A stretch of 64,000 bases of DNA. It comes from Haliotis rubra (Eukaryota). The translations under genes were made by a program, and so were the position numbers. Below are positions 12,800 through 25,499 of this stretch, piece after piece. Where the stretch lies: assembly GCF_003918875.1 (NCBI RefSeq), contig NW_025767457.1:744001-808000 (forward strand), in the 5' to 3' direction. How positions within the stretch are numbered: position 1 is the stretch's first letter; every line of letters begins with the position of its first letter. The notes beneath the pieces are model-generated. The model saw only the letters and a program-made list of their open reading frames with translations. It was not told the origin of the DNA and did no database searches.

Positions 12800-14450
12800 G
12801 AAAGTTGGAGAAAAACGTTTCTGAACTGACATTGACTGTACAATAATATTGATGGAGGAATGTCCGGATCTTCATCAACCATCAACCTTCCCCGAAATGC
12901 ACCAGGGAATGATTGGATGTGACCTTTAGCCAGCATCCGAGTCAGCTGCATTAACACAACAAACACATAAATGTCATTTTCATCTGAGAGTAGAGTATAT
13001 TGCTGTCTTTAAAAATCACTTCCCTTACACTGAAAAGAGACAGTAGTGTGATAATCAATCAGTCTGACCCTCATGGGTACACTGTTTTCTGAAAGGCTGA
13101 ATGATGGAAGAGATTACTGGCGTGGACTGGATATGTTTTGCGTACAAATTTACGGACAGGAGTACACCACAGCTTCACCTTTAAACTGTAAAGTTTTAGG
13201 CCGCAGTTAAGGAAAGGAGCAATGTAACGAGTGTTGGTTGGCATCTACACGATACATTCCCAGACAAAAAAGATCCCAATGATCAGTTGTAGCAGGAACA
13301 GCCACGTGCATTAATTAACATGGGATTGGTCTGGTCTTAGAATCAGGAAGGTCATATCTAATGATCACACCTGTCTGACGGTTTGATGTTTCCTGTGTCC
13401 CTGATGCTAGTAACTCATTGAAAGTGACACCTCCTTTGAAAGACATTGCCCACAAGGCATGTAAATTGAAGTACTGATGAGAATGCGTTGGAGATATTAA
13501 TCACGTCCATGGGGGCAACGATCCTATAATATCGACTTCAAGATCTTATTTACGGTAAAGAAAATACTTTGGAAGGGATATTGTCGAAAATGAAGCGATA
13601 CTTTTTTTATATATTTTTTTAATTTATTTTTTTATATCGACTTCAAGATTTTATTTACGGTAAAGAAGATAATTTGGAAGGGATATTGACCAAAATGAAG
13701 CGATACTTGCCTCTTTAAGATCCAAGACCAATCTCAAGTTGGTCAGCACCTTTCTAGGGGATTAATTAATGACATTGTTGCGTTAAAACTCGTCGCTAAC
13801 TCTGGAACCATGTTGAAAGCAGTTCTTCAGCTTTAATTGTTATTGATTGTGAGGTTTAGGGATATATTGTGGCCACCCAGGATGGGGGAAAATAGATATC
13901 ACAAACTGATAAGAGGGAGCCATCATCCAAGGGTTGCCAGTATCTACATTTTCTTGCTGTTTTGCCATTCTATTGAAAGTAAATGCACCACCTCAAGCTT
14001 TCTGATTACACCTTACCCGTGAAGGTCCGGGTTAGAATATTGATCTTCAGTAACCCAAGCTTGTCGTTAGAGGCGACTAACGGGATCGGGTGGTCAGGCT
14101 CGCTGACTTGGTTGACCCATATCATCGGTTACCAATTGCGCAGATCGATGCTCATGCTGATGATCAGTGGAGTGTCTGGTCCAGACTCGATTATCTACCG
14201 ACCTGCCGCCATATAGCTGGAATATTGCTGAGTGCAGCTTAAACCTAAACTCACTCACTGATTACACCTCCCTCATACCGACACCATTCGTCAGCATTGA
14301 TAAATCCTGCACCGTTTGTCCTGTCTGTGGCATGTTGACGACATGACGCACTTACTTCAAACATAGTATCTGTTATTTATATTAATTGCATCCCCGAACA
14401 TATTTGCGACCAACACGGATTTGTTCTCCTTGCCTCACTTGCATCTATAC
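12800..14450 (-). pseudogene. IR-d: decayed IR-like gene (unit A)
   Basis: GNPWMM (~13925), IVAPMDV pre-M1-like (~13510), SCYNxSLGSFLS SYTANL-like (~13262-13298), M4-like LSDENDIYVFVVL (12950-12990). Confidence 0.7.
14016..14257 (+). mobile_element. SINE family 1 (Meta/MESC-like core, (ACTC)n tail)
   Basis: acccgtgaaggtccgggttagaat...gtcgttagaggcgactaa...gctggaatattgctgag...actcactca. TSD ctgattacacct. Unit A only. Confidence 0.85.
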
Positions 14451-15309
14451 AGTAGACAGAAAGCCTCGCAACACCTTTGAGAAGAGTAGCAACATGTCAT
14501 CGTAGTTTATGGCAGCTGGAAGTTTGTGAGTGATGTATATCTGAATGAATTATGCAGCAGGCGTTTGAGTGAAAAAGAAACAACATGACAACAAAATAGA
14601 TTACTTGGTGACAATTTAATGATTTCAAAAGAGGACATGAAATTAACCAAAAACTACATTGAATACGGGGCATACCAGAAAGAACAACACTGTTCAAATG
14701 CAGGTCAATACAGTCATGGAAATATAAGTGCAAAATGTTCCCAACGTGTTCATCTGGATTGAGTTCTGTGTACGATGTCTTCCTATTTAGAGCCCCCATA
14801 CGGGAGCACTGTCATGTGCCACTTACTCGCGTTGCACAAGTGAACCTTCCTCAGTGACACTAGTTTGTGGCGAGTCATCACCAAACAAAATGAGCAGCCC
14901 CACAATCAGCTGTTTGCGGAGGTCGTATGACAGGTCCTCTTGCACGATATCCTTCTGTTTTCAGTTGATTTCTATCGGTTGTCTGTTCTTCACATTATGT
15001 GGTCAGGCGGTGATTGTCTCTTATCAACCGACCAGTTGGACGGAAGCTGGCCAACCTGACTGGCAATTTGTCTCACTGACAAATCAGCGTTTCTCATACT
15101 TACTGTCTGCAACGTTTCCGCAGTGGACGGTTGTGGTGGACCTATTTTACTCGTTCTTGTTCTATGCTTGTGACGATTTTATGATTATTGTTCTCCAAGC
15201 AAGATTTCTCCCAAATATAATTTATTTTACAGGATAATTATCATTTATCACTGCAAATGCCCTTCACACGTTATATTTCATGTTTAATGTCTGTTACAGA
15301 TCCTCGTCG

Positions 15310-15830
15310 TGACAAGCAAAACATTTTAAAACCACTGGACTAACCCATGCCATTGTACAAGATGAAAGTGAATTTGGTCAGGTGAAATAATTGCTTCCTC
15401 AAATTAGCTCTATTCAGGAACAGGAATTATGCAGACATTTGCACTTTCATAGGACTTGTGAGTACAATCATACAAAATGCATCCCTGCTGACACTAGTAT
15501 GACATAGAAGATTACAAATAGTATTTGTGATTAAAGTTTGGTTGTTTGTTCTGTATCTAAAGAATTGGAAATGATGAGATAAGCCATGCATTTACAGTTC
15601 CTAGACACAAGTACATGTACTCCTCATTACTTGAAGTTAAGCAGTTTAAGCATACATGACTCTCCCATGATGTACCGTACTTCTCAGAAGAAAGAAAGAC
15701 ATAAACATATGGTTGCTGTGGCGAAGTAACGAACGCTAACATCTGATGTGTGATATAAGAGTTGGACAACATCAACACATTCCGCAGCAAACGAAACGGT
15801 GAAGAGATGTTACTTTCTATCATTGGCATC
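15310..15830 (-). pseudogene. IR-e: IR-like S1-M1-pore-M3 remnant (unit A)
   Basis: ITHQMLAFVTSPQQPYVY (cf. ITxxRxxxVDFSxPY; in track ORF 15557-15832), hydrophobic YLCLGTVNAWLIS, CQQG (~15482-15493), NRANL (~15400-15414), in iGluR order. Confidence 0.62.
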
Positions 15831-16799
15831 AAAACCTGTTTGACACGATATTCTCTGTGGTTTAGCCTTGTAGTGGAAGAGCGGAAGGTCGATATTTAAA
15901 ACAACGACTGCGTCATTCATAGACGCTAAATGATGTTACTTTTGTCAGCCTGTCAGAAATGGGGGAAAACAAAGACTGGTAAGTTCATAGTCAGTATACT
16001 GCGGTTCAGTGGCCAGGGATATCGAGGTCTATATTGTGAATCCGAAAGAAAGCCGCTTGTATAAGGGCTACGTGTGGTCTAGCGTTGCCGTGCCAAGCGA
16101 TGATGTCAGCCTGGTTCAGGAAACAATATGCGGCTGTGAGATTTCATGATAATAGCGTTTGCCGTCAACTCGCCTGTTTGTTAGAAACACCATGTTTGGG
16201 TTGATGTGCGAGAATGCCACCCACCGAAAAAACTGTGAGTATGTAAAACGTCCACAGCAGCAAAGCGTCCATGGGGAAATTGTCAGCTTTGTTTAACCCT
16301 CACTTCACATGTCGCTCAAACAAACAACTCCAATCTCAGAGTTGGTATATGCAACATACTTGTCACTCATAACGAGTCATCGTGAAGAAACAACACAACT
16401 TAAAGGCCGACTGCTGTTCTTGTGGTCCCAGTTCTCCAACGATGCTGTTTTCGAGCCAATGATTTTCATGTGGTGTTACTTGTGTGTATTGCTAGGTTTC
16501 TGCTATCCATGTTGGTGCGTTTTGTTATCATTGGTGCGTTTTGATAAACCAAAATGACATGACGCCAAAATTTCGTTTGAGGTATAAGAACATTCGACAT
16601 ACACGATAAAACACACAAACGAAAACATACCCTCTGACGTGATACATCGTAAGATGGTATCAGTGTTACATAATCTCTTCGAACAATGTCAGCTACAATG
16701 CACAGTGATTGCTAGTATTTAAATGTGTTTACCAGAGGTATCCTGTGGCTTCGCATTTTATCATAGGTAACAGTTTATGAAAGTTTGTCTAGGATATTT

Positions 16800-18000
16800 G
16801 TAATTTGACAGCAAATAAAACAGACAAGAGATGTATTGCAGAGGTTCCGTCACGTCTTAGACCTGATTGGGTCTCACATTGTGGACGAAGATTAGTCAGT
16901 CAGCGGACTGACAATCCTAATGTACTATTGTGGTACTATTTACGAAAAGTGCTCCGAATATTCACATGTGCTTCCCAAAAGGAAAACTACAATGCCGAAA
17001 ATATCGCAGAATTGATTGGATCTGTATGTATCAGGCGTCGTGCACATTGCTGGGAATACGTTATTTTTTGTCTACCTTGTATCTCCGTGTTAATCAGTAC
17101 CTTATTTGTGAGTCTCTTGACAACAATGTGTAGATGAATCCCTGCAGTTTCGCGTCCATCAATTAGACCAATGTTAAACAGAAACCCTGGCGTGTCAGTT
17201 AAACAGGTGCGAAACATCAATGTGACACAGGTCTTGGAAGTTGTGGCATGTGCATGCTGGCTTTCTCGCAACTAATGACTTGCTCCACATATACACAGGA
17301 GCAATAAATAAGCACTACCTGAATCCAGTCCGATTTAAAACAGGCGAGTATACTTAGAATGCTGGAATGAACACCTAAAACACAATATCTCAAAAGCTGA
17401 GGGTCGCATGCTCACTTGCTGCGTAAACAGTTTTCTGAACTGATTTAACGGACGACAGTGCTAAAATATGTTTCATGACGTGACGTATACTTTCAGAAAC
17501 GCCTGTACTTGCTTCATATATACTCATGAGAAGTAATTAAGCACTACCAAAATCCAACGCCGATTCAAAACAGTATGGTCCATACAAGCGATCATACCTT
17601 AGCATACCGAAATGGACATGTAAAACACACAGTATCACAAAAGTTAAGGAGTGCTTGTTCACGTGCTGTGTAGGCGCTAAACACATTGGGTTTACATTCC
17701 ATAATCGTGATATGTGAAATACAGTTTTCTGAACTGATTTAACAGACGACAGTATTTCATGACGTGTCAAGACGTAGACTTATGTAGAAAATAGATCATG
17801 GCACGTTATTGGTATGCACTCATCATAAATGTCATGAGGCAAACAGTAATCGTCCATCCGAAAGTAAACTATCTGGTTCAGCCTCCATTCATTTCATGTT
17901 CCCCGCTATTTGGCCTTTTACATCGAATGGAATCTGTTTCGACTGATATTCGAGAATGGTTAATATCCTCCTTAGTATCCTCATACGTGTTATAATTAGA
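16800..18000 (-). pseudogene. IR-f: decayed IR-like gene (unit A)
   Basis: CLAP..FVILCVL pre-M1/M1-like (~17620-17685). KVDKK..NVHDA..HCSFPFGK (16970-17080) aligns with IR-c and IR-g. Internal duplication 17300-17490 / 17535-17775. Confidence 0.55.
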
Positions 18001-18899
18001 GATTCTTAGTGGGAATATACTTACTTACATACTTATTGGCAACGACAATGTGCCTTTACCAATCGGCCTATATATTGGACCCTAAGTCCCACAAATTCAT
18101 TTCCTGTCTTGAGTCAGGCTAGATAAACGGCGTACTCTCGCACACAGCTGTGCTAAATCCCTACTTTGTTTAACAGAAGCGTTTTACACCGACTGCCTAC
18201 GCAGCTGTTATTTATGATGTTCTGCCTACATTTGAAAACTCGTTTTCAGCCCATTTGTAAAGGCGCACGTGGACATCATACTGAAACTTGATTTTCTATT
18301 GTGCCATTCTCTTATACTTGTTTATTCGAAACATTTGCTCTTTTGTGACAGCTTAATATAAAAATGGTGTACGACCTCCAGTGATGTCTGTTCGTACAGT
18401 TGACTGTATGAAGTATCGGAAGCCATTCAACAACATATTTTTATTGAAAAACGTCAAACAGTCATAATATATCTGAGTTACTATTAATCACGATTTATTA
18501 CACATTCATGCGCTGTTAACTTACAAAATTCAATTGTAATTAGTGAGGTGATAGATAAGTGTTAAATGGAGCAGTGGTCATTAAAATCTTTGTTGTAAGC
18601 AGAGTCCATATACAATATCACAAGTATTTGTATGTCACATACTCAAACACACACAAACACACTCACACACACGTGGTTGTCTTGACAATGAGAAATGTAC
18701 ACTGAACGTCCTAAAGTGAAAATCCTTAAATTAACGCGATCATCCGGTATTACGATAAACGTTGTGTTGATCAAAATCGTGTTTAGAAAATATATCAGAA
18801 ACGCAAATGCTCTATGCTTGTTAAAGGCATGCAAGAAATGTAATACTTTACAGGGCTTTGCAGAACGATACAGTTCTCGTCTTCGCAGCCCAATATCCA

Positions 18900-20150
18900 G
18901 CATAAGCTTATATTTACGCAAGTGGTATATCCATTTAGTATAGACATATTTAATTTCAGTCAATCCAAAGCACCTGAATTATAAACAGAGGAATTCCAAA
19001 CGATCACAATTCAACTTCACAACTCAGAGATCTATCACGGCATTGCCTCATAAAGATATTAACATTGAATAAATATTGCCTGTTATTCACTCTTAACTTC
19101 AGTTCTTCCTGAAGGGAAACCGTAATGTCCGGTTCCAGAAAGAAACGTAAAGATTATTAAAGGATATTTACATTTTAGGCATCATGCACATTAACTCGAA
19201 ACACGACATTGTATCATTTTGCATCAACCTTTCTTTCTCTAATTTCACCTTCTTCAGAATCGTGTGTAGCTGGTTGTTTATCCAAATACCGTTTCCGTTG
19301 CTGATAATATACAACACTGAATGCTATGCTAGGGAACACACGGTGAACCGTTATCATCATGGTGCCAAATGTTCCAGCTCATGGCCAAATAGCATGTATG
19401 GTAGAAATGATTCATCAGAACAGATATGGACGGTGCTGCCTTTGAAGCCCGTTGATGGACCAGGGTGTGTGGTGCTATTATTATCTATGACAAATAACAT
19501 CTATCAAAAGCAGTATGTTTACAGTCACTATTGTTATATAATGACGTAGCCATAGTACACGCTAGCATGGCTTCATTTGTTCCCTGAGAAGTAACTATGC
19601 TCACCTTGTCATCCCTATCAGGCTGAAAATCAAAGAGCTTCTGAGTGTGCATAACACGCCATGAGGAACGATCTGTCATCTACTCAAGCATATTTAAAGC
19701 TCTCACTGCTACTTACTCACTTCCAGTTAGAATAAAATGATATCATGAGCTTATGTACAGACATATATTGGTACTAACTTCGGACCTAAAACTAACGGGA
19801 ACTTATGTTAATGGTATTTACATTTCTAGTAAAACTGTTTCAGAAACTGTGTGGAGAAAGGAAGCGTTCGTCGTCATCAGTAAATGCATCCATGATGGTC
19901 TCTTCATGTCCCCTCATAAATACATGTGATGCCCGACACCAAGGAGAATTCCTACGCATGTTTCAGCACGCAACAATCAGCATATTTGGAATTCTTCGGA
20001 TGCAAGGAACACTTTCTCTTTCTTTACATGGACATCAGTTTGGAGAAACGGCAAATGATTTACTGTCCTCATCAAGGCACGTTTTGAAAAGGAATGGTAG
20101 GATCATAAATTATGTCTAGTCGTTTTTGCACATACACGGTTGCTAATATG
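18900..20150 (-). pseudogene. IR-g: decayed IR-like gene (unit A)
   Basis: VNHLPFLQTDV (~20030-20063) and INISSR..YMSV, then one frame MKPCxRVLWL..ITIVTVNILLLI..WSINGLQRQHRP..AIW (M1, pore, M3; ~19380-19578), then NVHDA (19178-19192) and GHYGFP (~19113-19130). Confidence 0.68.
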
Positions 20151-20839
20151 AATTTAAAATGATAAAGAAGACGCAAGGAATGGCTTCTGTTTAATATAGT
20201 TTTTTGTGGTGGAATATGATGTATTTGGTATATTGTAAATACAAAGTTACATGTAATATATTTCCCTTACCGTTGCATGTTTTGCAAATGAGCAGCAAAA
20301 TATATTCCAATATGAAGGAATAGGGCACTTTCTCGACTGGATAAATGTAATGCATATATGAATGAATACATACAAAGCCTTCCTATTATAATCACATTAG
20401 CTAAGTTATTTTTTCGAATAGTAATCCACCTGCGCCAAGGTAACAGATAACCAGTGTAGTCGTTAGGTAGCATTCCACAGACATCTCCAGTGTCTGTGGT
20501 GACATCACTCCAGTTATTTATGCAGGTCTCGGATGGATTGAGTTATGGAGAATATTGCGAAAAATACGTGGGTTACATTATCGGAAATACATCACAGACT
20601 GCTGTAATATAGCTTAACTATAGTTTTGCGGCGTTAAACAGCATATACAAACAAAATTATTATGAATATTCATGTTGGAGGACAAGAAAGAAGTAAACTT
20701 GAATAGCCAAGAATATAGGGATAGTAAATTTTGCTTAACATGACTTTTGGAAACTTCAGTATTGATGTTGTCATGGTTAACATGATCAGCTATATCAAGG
20801 CTTCATCTCAGTCATAGGTTCACATTCAGAAATGGGAAA

Positions 20840-21240
20840 CGATGTTCGGATTTTATGTATTTATTTATAGTAACTGGAGTGAACAGTAGCCAATACGAAT
20901 TTATCAAATGTGATATTTAATGGATGTGACTACCTTCACCAGATTCCTGCAGAATCGAATTCACAGGGCAATCGATTAATGACCCAGTTGCGCATTATTC
21001 ACTCACCTTAAAATGTCACTTTTACCCTAACAATATGCTTTGTTAGTTATTCCATACAAATCGATAATTACACAGCTGATACCATATTAACAGGGTATTC
21101 AAGCTTGTAGTTTATCAACAAGTTTAGAAGCTCGTCTGCCTGGAATATTGAAAGATCTCTCAGGTTAAAACTCAGAAGATATTGTCTGAAACACGATTGT
21201 ATTTGTCTTATGGCTGTCATAAACAATTGCGATGTTGTGA
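20840..21240 (-). pseudogene. IR-h: IR-like S1 remnant (also at window start 1-350)
   Basis: NIPGRRASKLVDKL (~21110-21150) and HPLNITFDKFVLATVHSSYY (20867-20926; cf. APLTITxERxxVVDFSxPYY). Confidence 0.58.
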
Positions 21241-21406
21241 AATAGCTAAAAATAAAATGTTTTTGTTTTTTTATGCTTTAAGAAATATTCTAGCGCTATG
21301 ACGGCAATGAATACCAGAAATCGCATACCAACATGGTGAATTTCTTTGGCATGACAGGAGAACTTTGGGCCACGAGGCACCAAATACTACAATGGAGAAA
21401 CAATGA

Positions 21407-21545
21407 NNNNNNNNNNNNNNNNNNNNNNNNNNNNNNNNNNNNNNNNNNNNNNNNNNNNNNNNNNNNNNNNNNNNNNNNNNNNNNNNNNNNNNNNNNNNNN
21501 NNNNNNNNNNNNNNNNNNNNNNNNNNNNNNNNNNNNNNNNNNNNN
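21407..21545. other. Assembly gap (139 N)
   Basis: Seen directly; lies at the A/B unit junction. Confidence 1.
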
Positions 21546-21949
21546 GTGGGGGTTACCTGGATGAGTAAGTGTAATGTTGTAGCTCTAGCTTTATCAGTAG
21601 TTGTATCACGTAAAATTACATCATGACATCACAATCGATTCCTTTCTGCTTAGATGTTGCTCGAAAAGCAACTGCGCTTTTATAGAACTGCAACGATTTT
21701 AACACCAGCTCGTACGAGAACACAAAATGTTTATTTCTCGAAAATTCGATAGGATGAGACATTTCTTTTGCTGTAGTAAACCATATGCCAGTGAAGGTGG
21801 TATAAGTCAAGAATAAATGTCATCATTAGCACGTCTAAAGTATCGTAGATAGCACCGCAGTGTAAATGTTCAAAAACAACATAATGCATGTTGGATGTTA
21901 TATTTTCAGCTTTCTATATTTCGTACATGTTGGAACGTAATTTTCAACT

Positions 21950-23340
21950 TTCAATTAACAAGACAATTCTTCCTGAAACGACAAAAAGCAAAATGGATTC
22001 CCTATTGCTCATGTTTATTCATAAGAGGATAGGTGAATGCCATGAAGTTCAGTTATCACCGGTCTTCTCCGAAAGGCATCAGGGATGAGGCCTTCAGATT
22101 GTGCCTAGACATGCAGTTACTATGACGGAAATATAATTTGAGGGTTTTCATTGAAACACACTGTTATAATTGTACTAAAATGTTTCTGGTCTGATTCAGT
22201 AGAGTTAGTGACCGAGAGTCAAGAACAATTTGGGAGCTTTCTGGGACATTGAGATTCATGATTATCTAAGTGAGCAAGCACCGTATCTCACATTACATTT
22301 AAGACATAAGATGCATATCGTATCTCACATCACATTTAAGACACAGACTACAGATGTAGTCAGGAATTTTCACTTTGCGCAAAAGAAAGAATTAAGTGAA
22401 ATATTTGACATTTTACTCGTCATATCACAGACATAAGAATAATAATAATTAAAGTAAACATGGATGGATACACTCTTTTCAATTCTTGACATTGGCAACA
22501 CCATGGCTTGCATTACCATTTAAAAGTAATGGTTTAACACACACCACGGTATAAACGATGTTGTTTGTGAAGTAGCCTTTGTGTGCCACGCATCTATATA
22601 AAACTGTTATACTTGACAAGGACACACCATCCTCAAATAGCGTACTAGAATTAACTGGATATGTACGGATCAGGCGTCATAGAAATTGCAAGGAGTGTGT
22701 TATGTCCTCGTCTTCTATTTACGTATTTTCCTAATCTAATCATTTTTGTTACATGAACTTTTCTCTAGGATCACTCACAGTGTAACCAGATATTTAAAAC
22801 GGCCAGATTCTATGACACCTTCTCCATATATTGTTAAACTTCTGCACAAATAATCAATAGTACATGGTGGCAATGGAAAGATATTTTCGATTATTTCGAT
22901 TGTTAGCACCCTAACAGATCACCAAGCAATCGGTATCTCTTGTGCAACTTCCATCGGACCAGCAGATAGCGTTGGTGTCTTGTATATTTAATACTAATGT
23001 TCTTATAAAAAATCTTCTCACCAATTGAGTTTTTATGCAGTAACCATTCATCAAATCTAAATGTAATCCCGCTTTATTTGTCTTATGTAAAAGGTTCCCT
23101 TCAGTATTGAACTTGCCATGCGTCCCAGTATCATACAGGATCGCTTCTTCCTCACTCTTGTTGTCCTCATAAATAATGATAATTGCTAGAAGCTGACAGT
23201 AGTGTAGACGTCGAGGTGAATCACTATGCATGTTTCAGCAGAACAATCAATATGGTCAATAAACCAGGAAGAAATAAATGGCCTCTGGTGTCAGGAATAA
23301 TGCAGATTTCATCAACACTTTGGAGAATAAGATTAAAGGT
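21950..23340 (-). pseudogene. IR-a copy, unit B
   Basis: Colinear with 1000-2416 and 7620-8220, without the Harbinger. Confidence 0.55.
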
Positions 23341-24429
23341 CACATGCAACCAAAAAATCAAACATAATTAATACACAATTATCACTTATTCATGACATAT
23401 AATATACATTGCTGATTATGAAAAAAACATATAAACAAAATTTTAAGCGTACAATCGCAAATCAAAAGTGCAATATTTGTACTTGGGTTTACTTCCCTAG
23501 AAACGAAGCAGCCGGGATACCGAACCCAGTCAGATCGGGTGGGTGTGCACTCAAGTGTAACGGCTGGTTCATTTGCCGATGCCCTCACGGCTCATTGTGT
23601 GTGTATATATAGAGATGTTGGGTTTTGTAAATACATGCTCATTTTTTGTGTATAACATTTTGCAATCAACAGACATCATAACATGTCATGTGTACAAGTA
23701 TCACACCTGCCTGTCTGTGTAATTACATAATGTGACAGAGACCGAACTCGGGCCATAAATCGTTTTGTTTATGGGGTATAGCCTGATAGGTGTTGAGTTC
23801 AAATTGCATGTGGTCCGTGATCGAAGTTGCGTATTGAATATTGTCATTAGCAGACAGACAGGCAGACACATAGGTGTCAATAAAACAGACATTGAGTTTT
23901 GTCTGTGACAACGACATATCTATATCACAGTTAGAAATTCTGTCAACGCTAAATAATGACATTGCTTTTAAGTATCGAACTGAGAAAGTGACTCGGTAAG
24001 AACAGGATACACCCGTAGGCACCTTGCATTATTAATATTCCATTGTGATTTAGAAAGTCCTACTTACGATATACAACCGATACTGGTCTTAGGAGATATT
24101 TCTTATGAATATAGAAAGGGGTTTGCTGCTTTGCCGAGTGAATAAATTTTGAAACATGGTAATTTAACTATATGCATACAGAATGCATAATATTGCAATT
24201 ATTTAAGTTTTCGATACCACAAACCATTGACGGTACAAATGTACGTGTACACTGCTACATCTAAAAGGCAATATAAACCAGACTCAAAGTTACAGATAAT
24301 GGAAAAGACCTGTAAGACCTGTCTTACAAAATAACTGATATATTCGGTTTATTTGGTATTCAGGAAATTGGAAATATATATATACAGCAAGAATATTTGT
24401 TTTCAAATTTGCAGATTTTAAATCAATGA

Positions 24430-25090
24430 AACAGATTGTACTGCAAGCAATAGCAGCAGGGAACAGCACAGAAAAGCAGCAGACAACATATCCTGAATCA
24501 GCTGTTACTGTGTCACAAAGTTAGATACCTCAGTCATTAATACATTTTTGTTCTATTCTTAAATACATGATAGTGTATGTTTATGTAATGTAAGAAAGAA
24601 GAATGTTAAGACCCAGCGCTTTGCTTGCTTGTTAATTTTCACTTGTCCTCTTCCTGCAGCATTCATTCCAGCAGTGACACAGGAAGGAAGTATTTGAATG
24701 AGCAGTCGGTTCGAGCCGGCAGAAATGATAAATAACCACGAGTTTCAGTATCTGGTCGGCGGCAAATTTACAGTCAGTAGGGCGATGAGAAACACAATTT
24801 AAACTCAAGCCTGTTCTGTTTCTCAATGAGAAGCGCATTTGTTACAAGGTACTAGTCATCTGTACAATCGCACATATATTTCCATGAATATATTGATTAC
24901 AATGGTCCTATTACAAATATAACATAATAGATGACATTGATCTGATTCATTTGCACTGATTCTGAAGGTCTTTTCAGGTAGTTTGTTCTGGAATGCAATT
25001 TCTACGCACATGTAGAATATATACGAAAACGCAAATGTTTGCAGACAATGAATGCGTCACGTCTTGAGATGGAAATGGACATCTGTTTGG
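24430..25090 (-). pseudogene. IR-b copy, unit B
   Basis: Paralog of 9950-10340, with an M4-like hydrophobic end at ~24435-24535. Confidence 0.45.
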
Positions 25091-25499
25091 CTTATATAAT
25101 TGTGTTATATAAACTTACATTGAAAGCAATAAATAATCAGATTTGGTATCAGGTTTCCAACATGTACATGTCGTGCATACCCATATGTGATACATATATG
25201 ATTTCGTCTTTCTGGAAAAAAGTATAAACATAACGTCTCCTTCACGATGGGAAACAGGTACTTATCATTAACAACGAAATACATCTACATGCATTTTTAT
25301 ATAATTACCAGTAATTATGCCATTAGAGTGGAAGGTCATGAACCACGTGGAAAATCATGGGGTAAGCGGGAATATAAAAATGTTAGGGGAAGTGAAAAGG
25401 ACAAATCAATATCAACCAAGAATTAATGAGATAACCCCAAACAGGTAGAGCTTCATGTAATTGTAAGTAAGTTTTGTGAATACCTACCGGTTCAATGTG

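Larger units (their letters stand above)
570..21406. repeat. Segmental tandem-repeat unit A (most diverged copy; carries the Harbinger insertion)
   Basis: Blocks recur in the same order in later units, e.g. catgacatcacaatcgattcc at ~660, ~21622, ~33940, ~46827, and ttgacagcaaataaaacagac at 16805, 30590, 43212. Bases 1-570 match the tail of a unit. Confidence 0.9.

Noticed and set aside
14500-16800. ORFs at 14854-15237 and 16309-16557 in unit-A sequence
   Set aside because: No recognisable motif, terminal repeats or second copy; left unannotated.
19220-19430. Several in-frame TGA codons suggesting a TGA=Trp (mitochondrial or mollicute) origin
   Set aside because: TAA/TAG stops and frameshifts are just as frequent, so ordinary decay explains them.
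23731-23910. TG...CA segment with imperfect inverted ends and AATAAA (possible solo LTR), unit B only
   Set aside because: No matching TSD and only one copy in the window.
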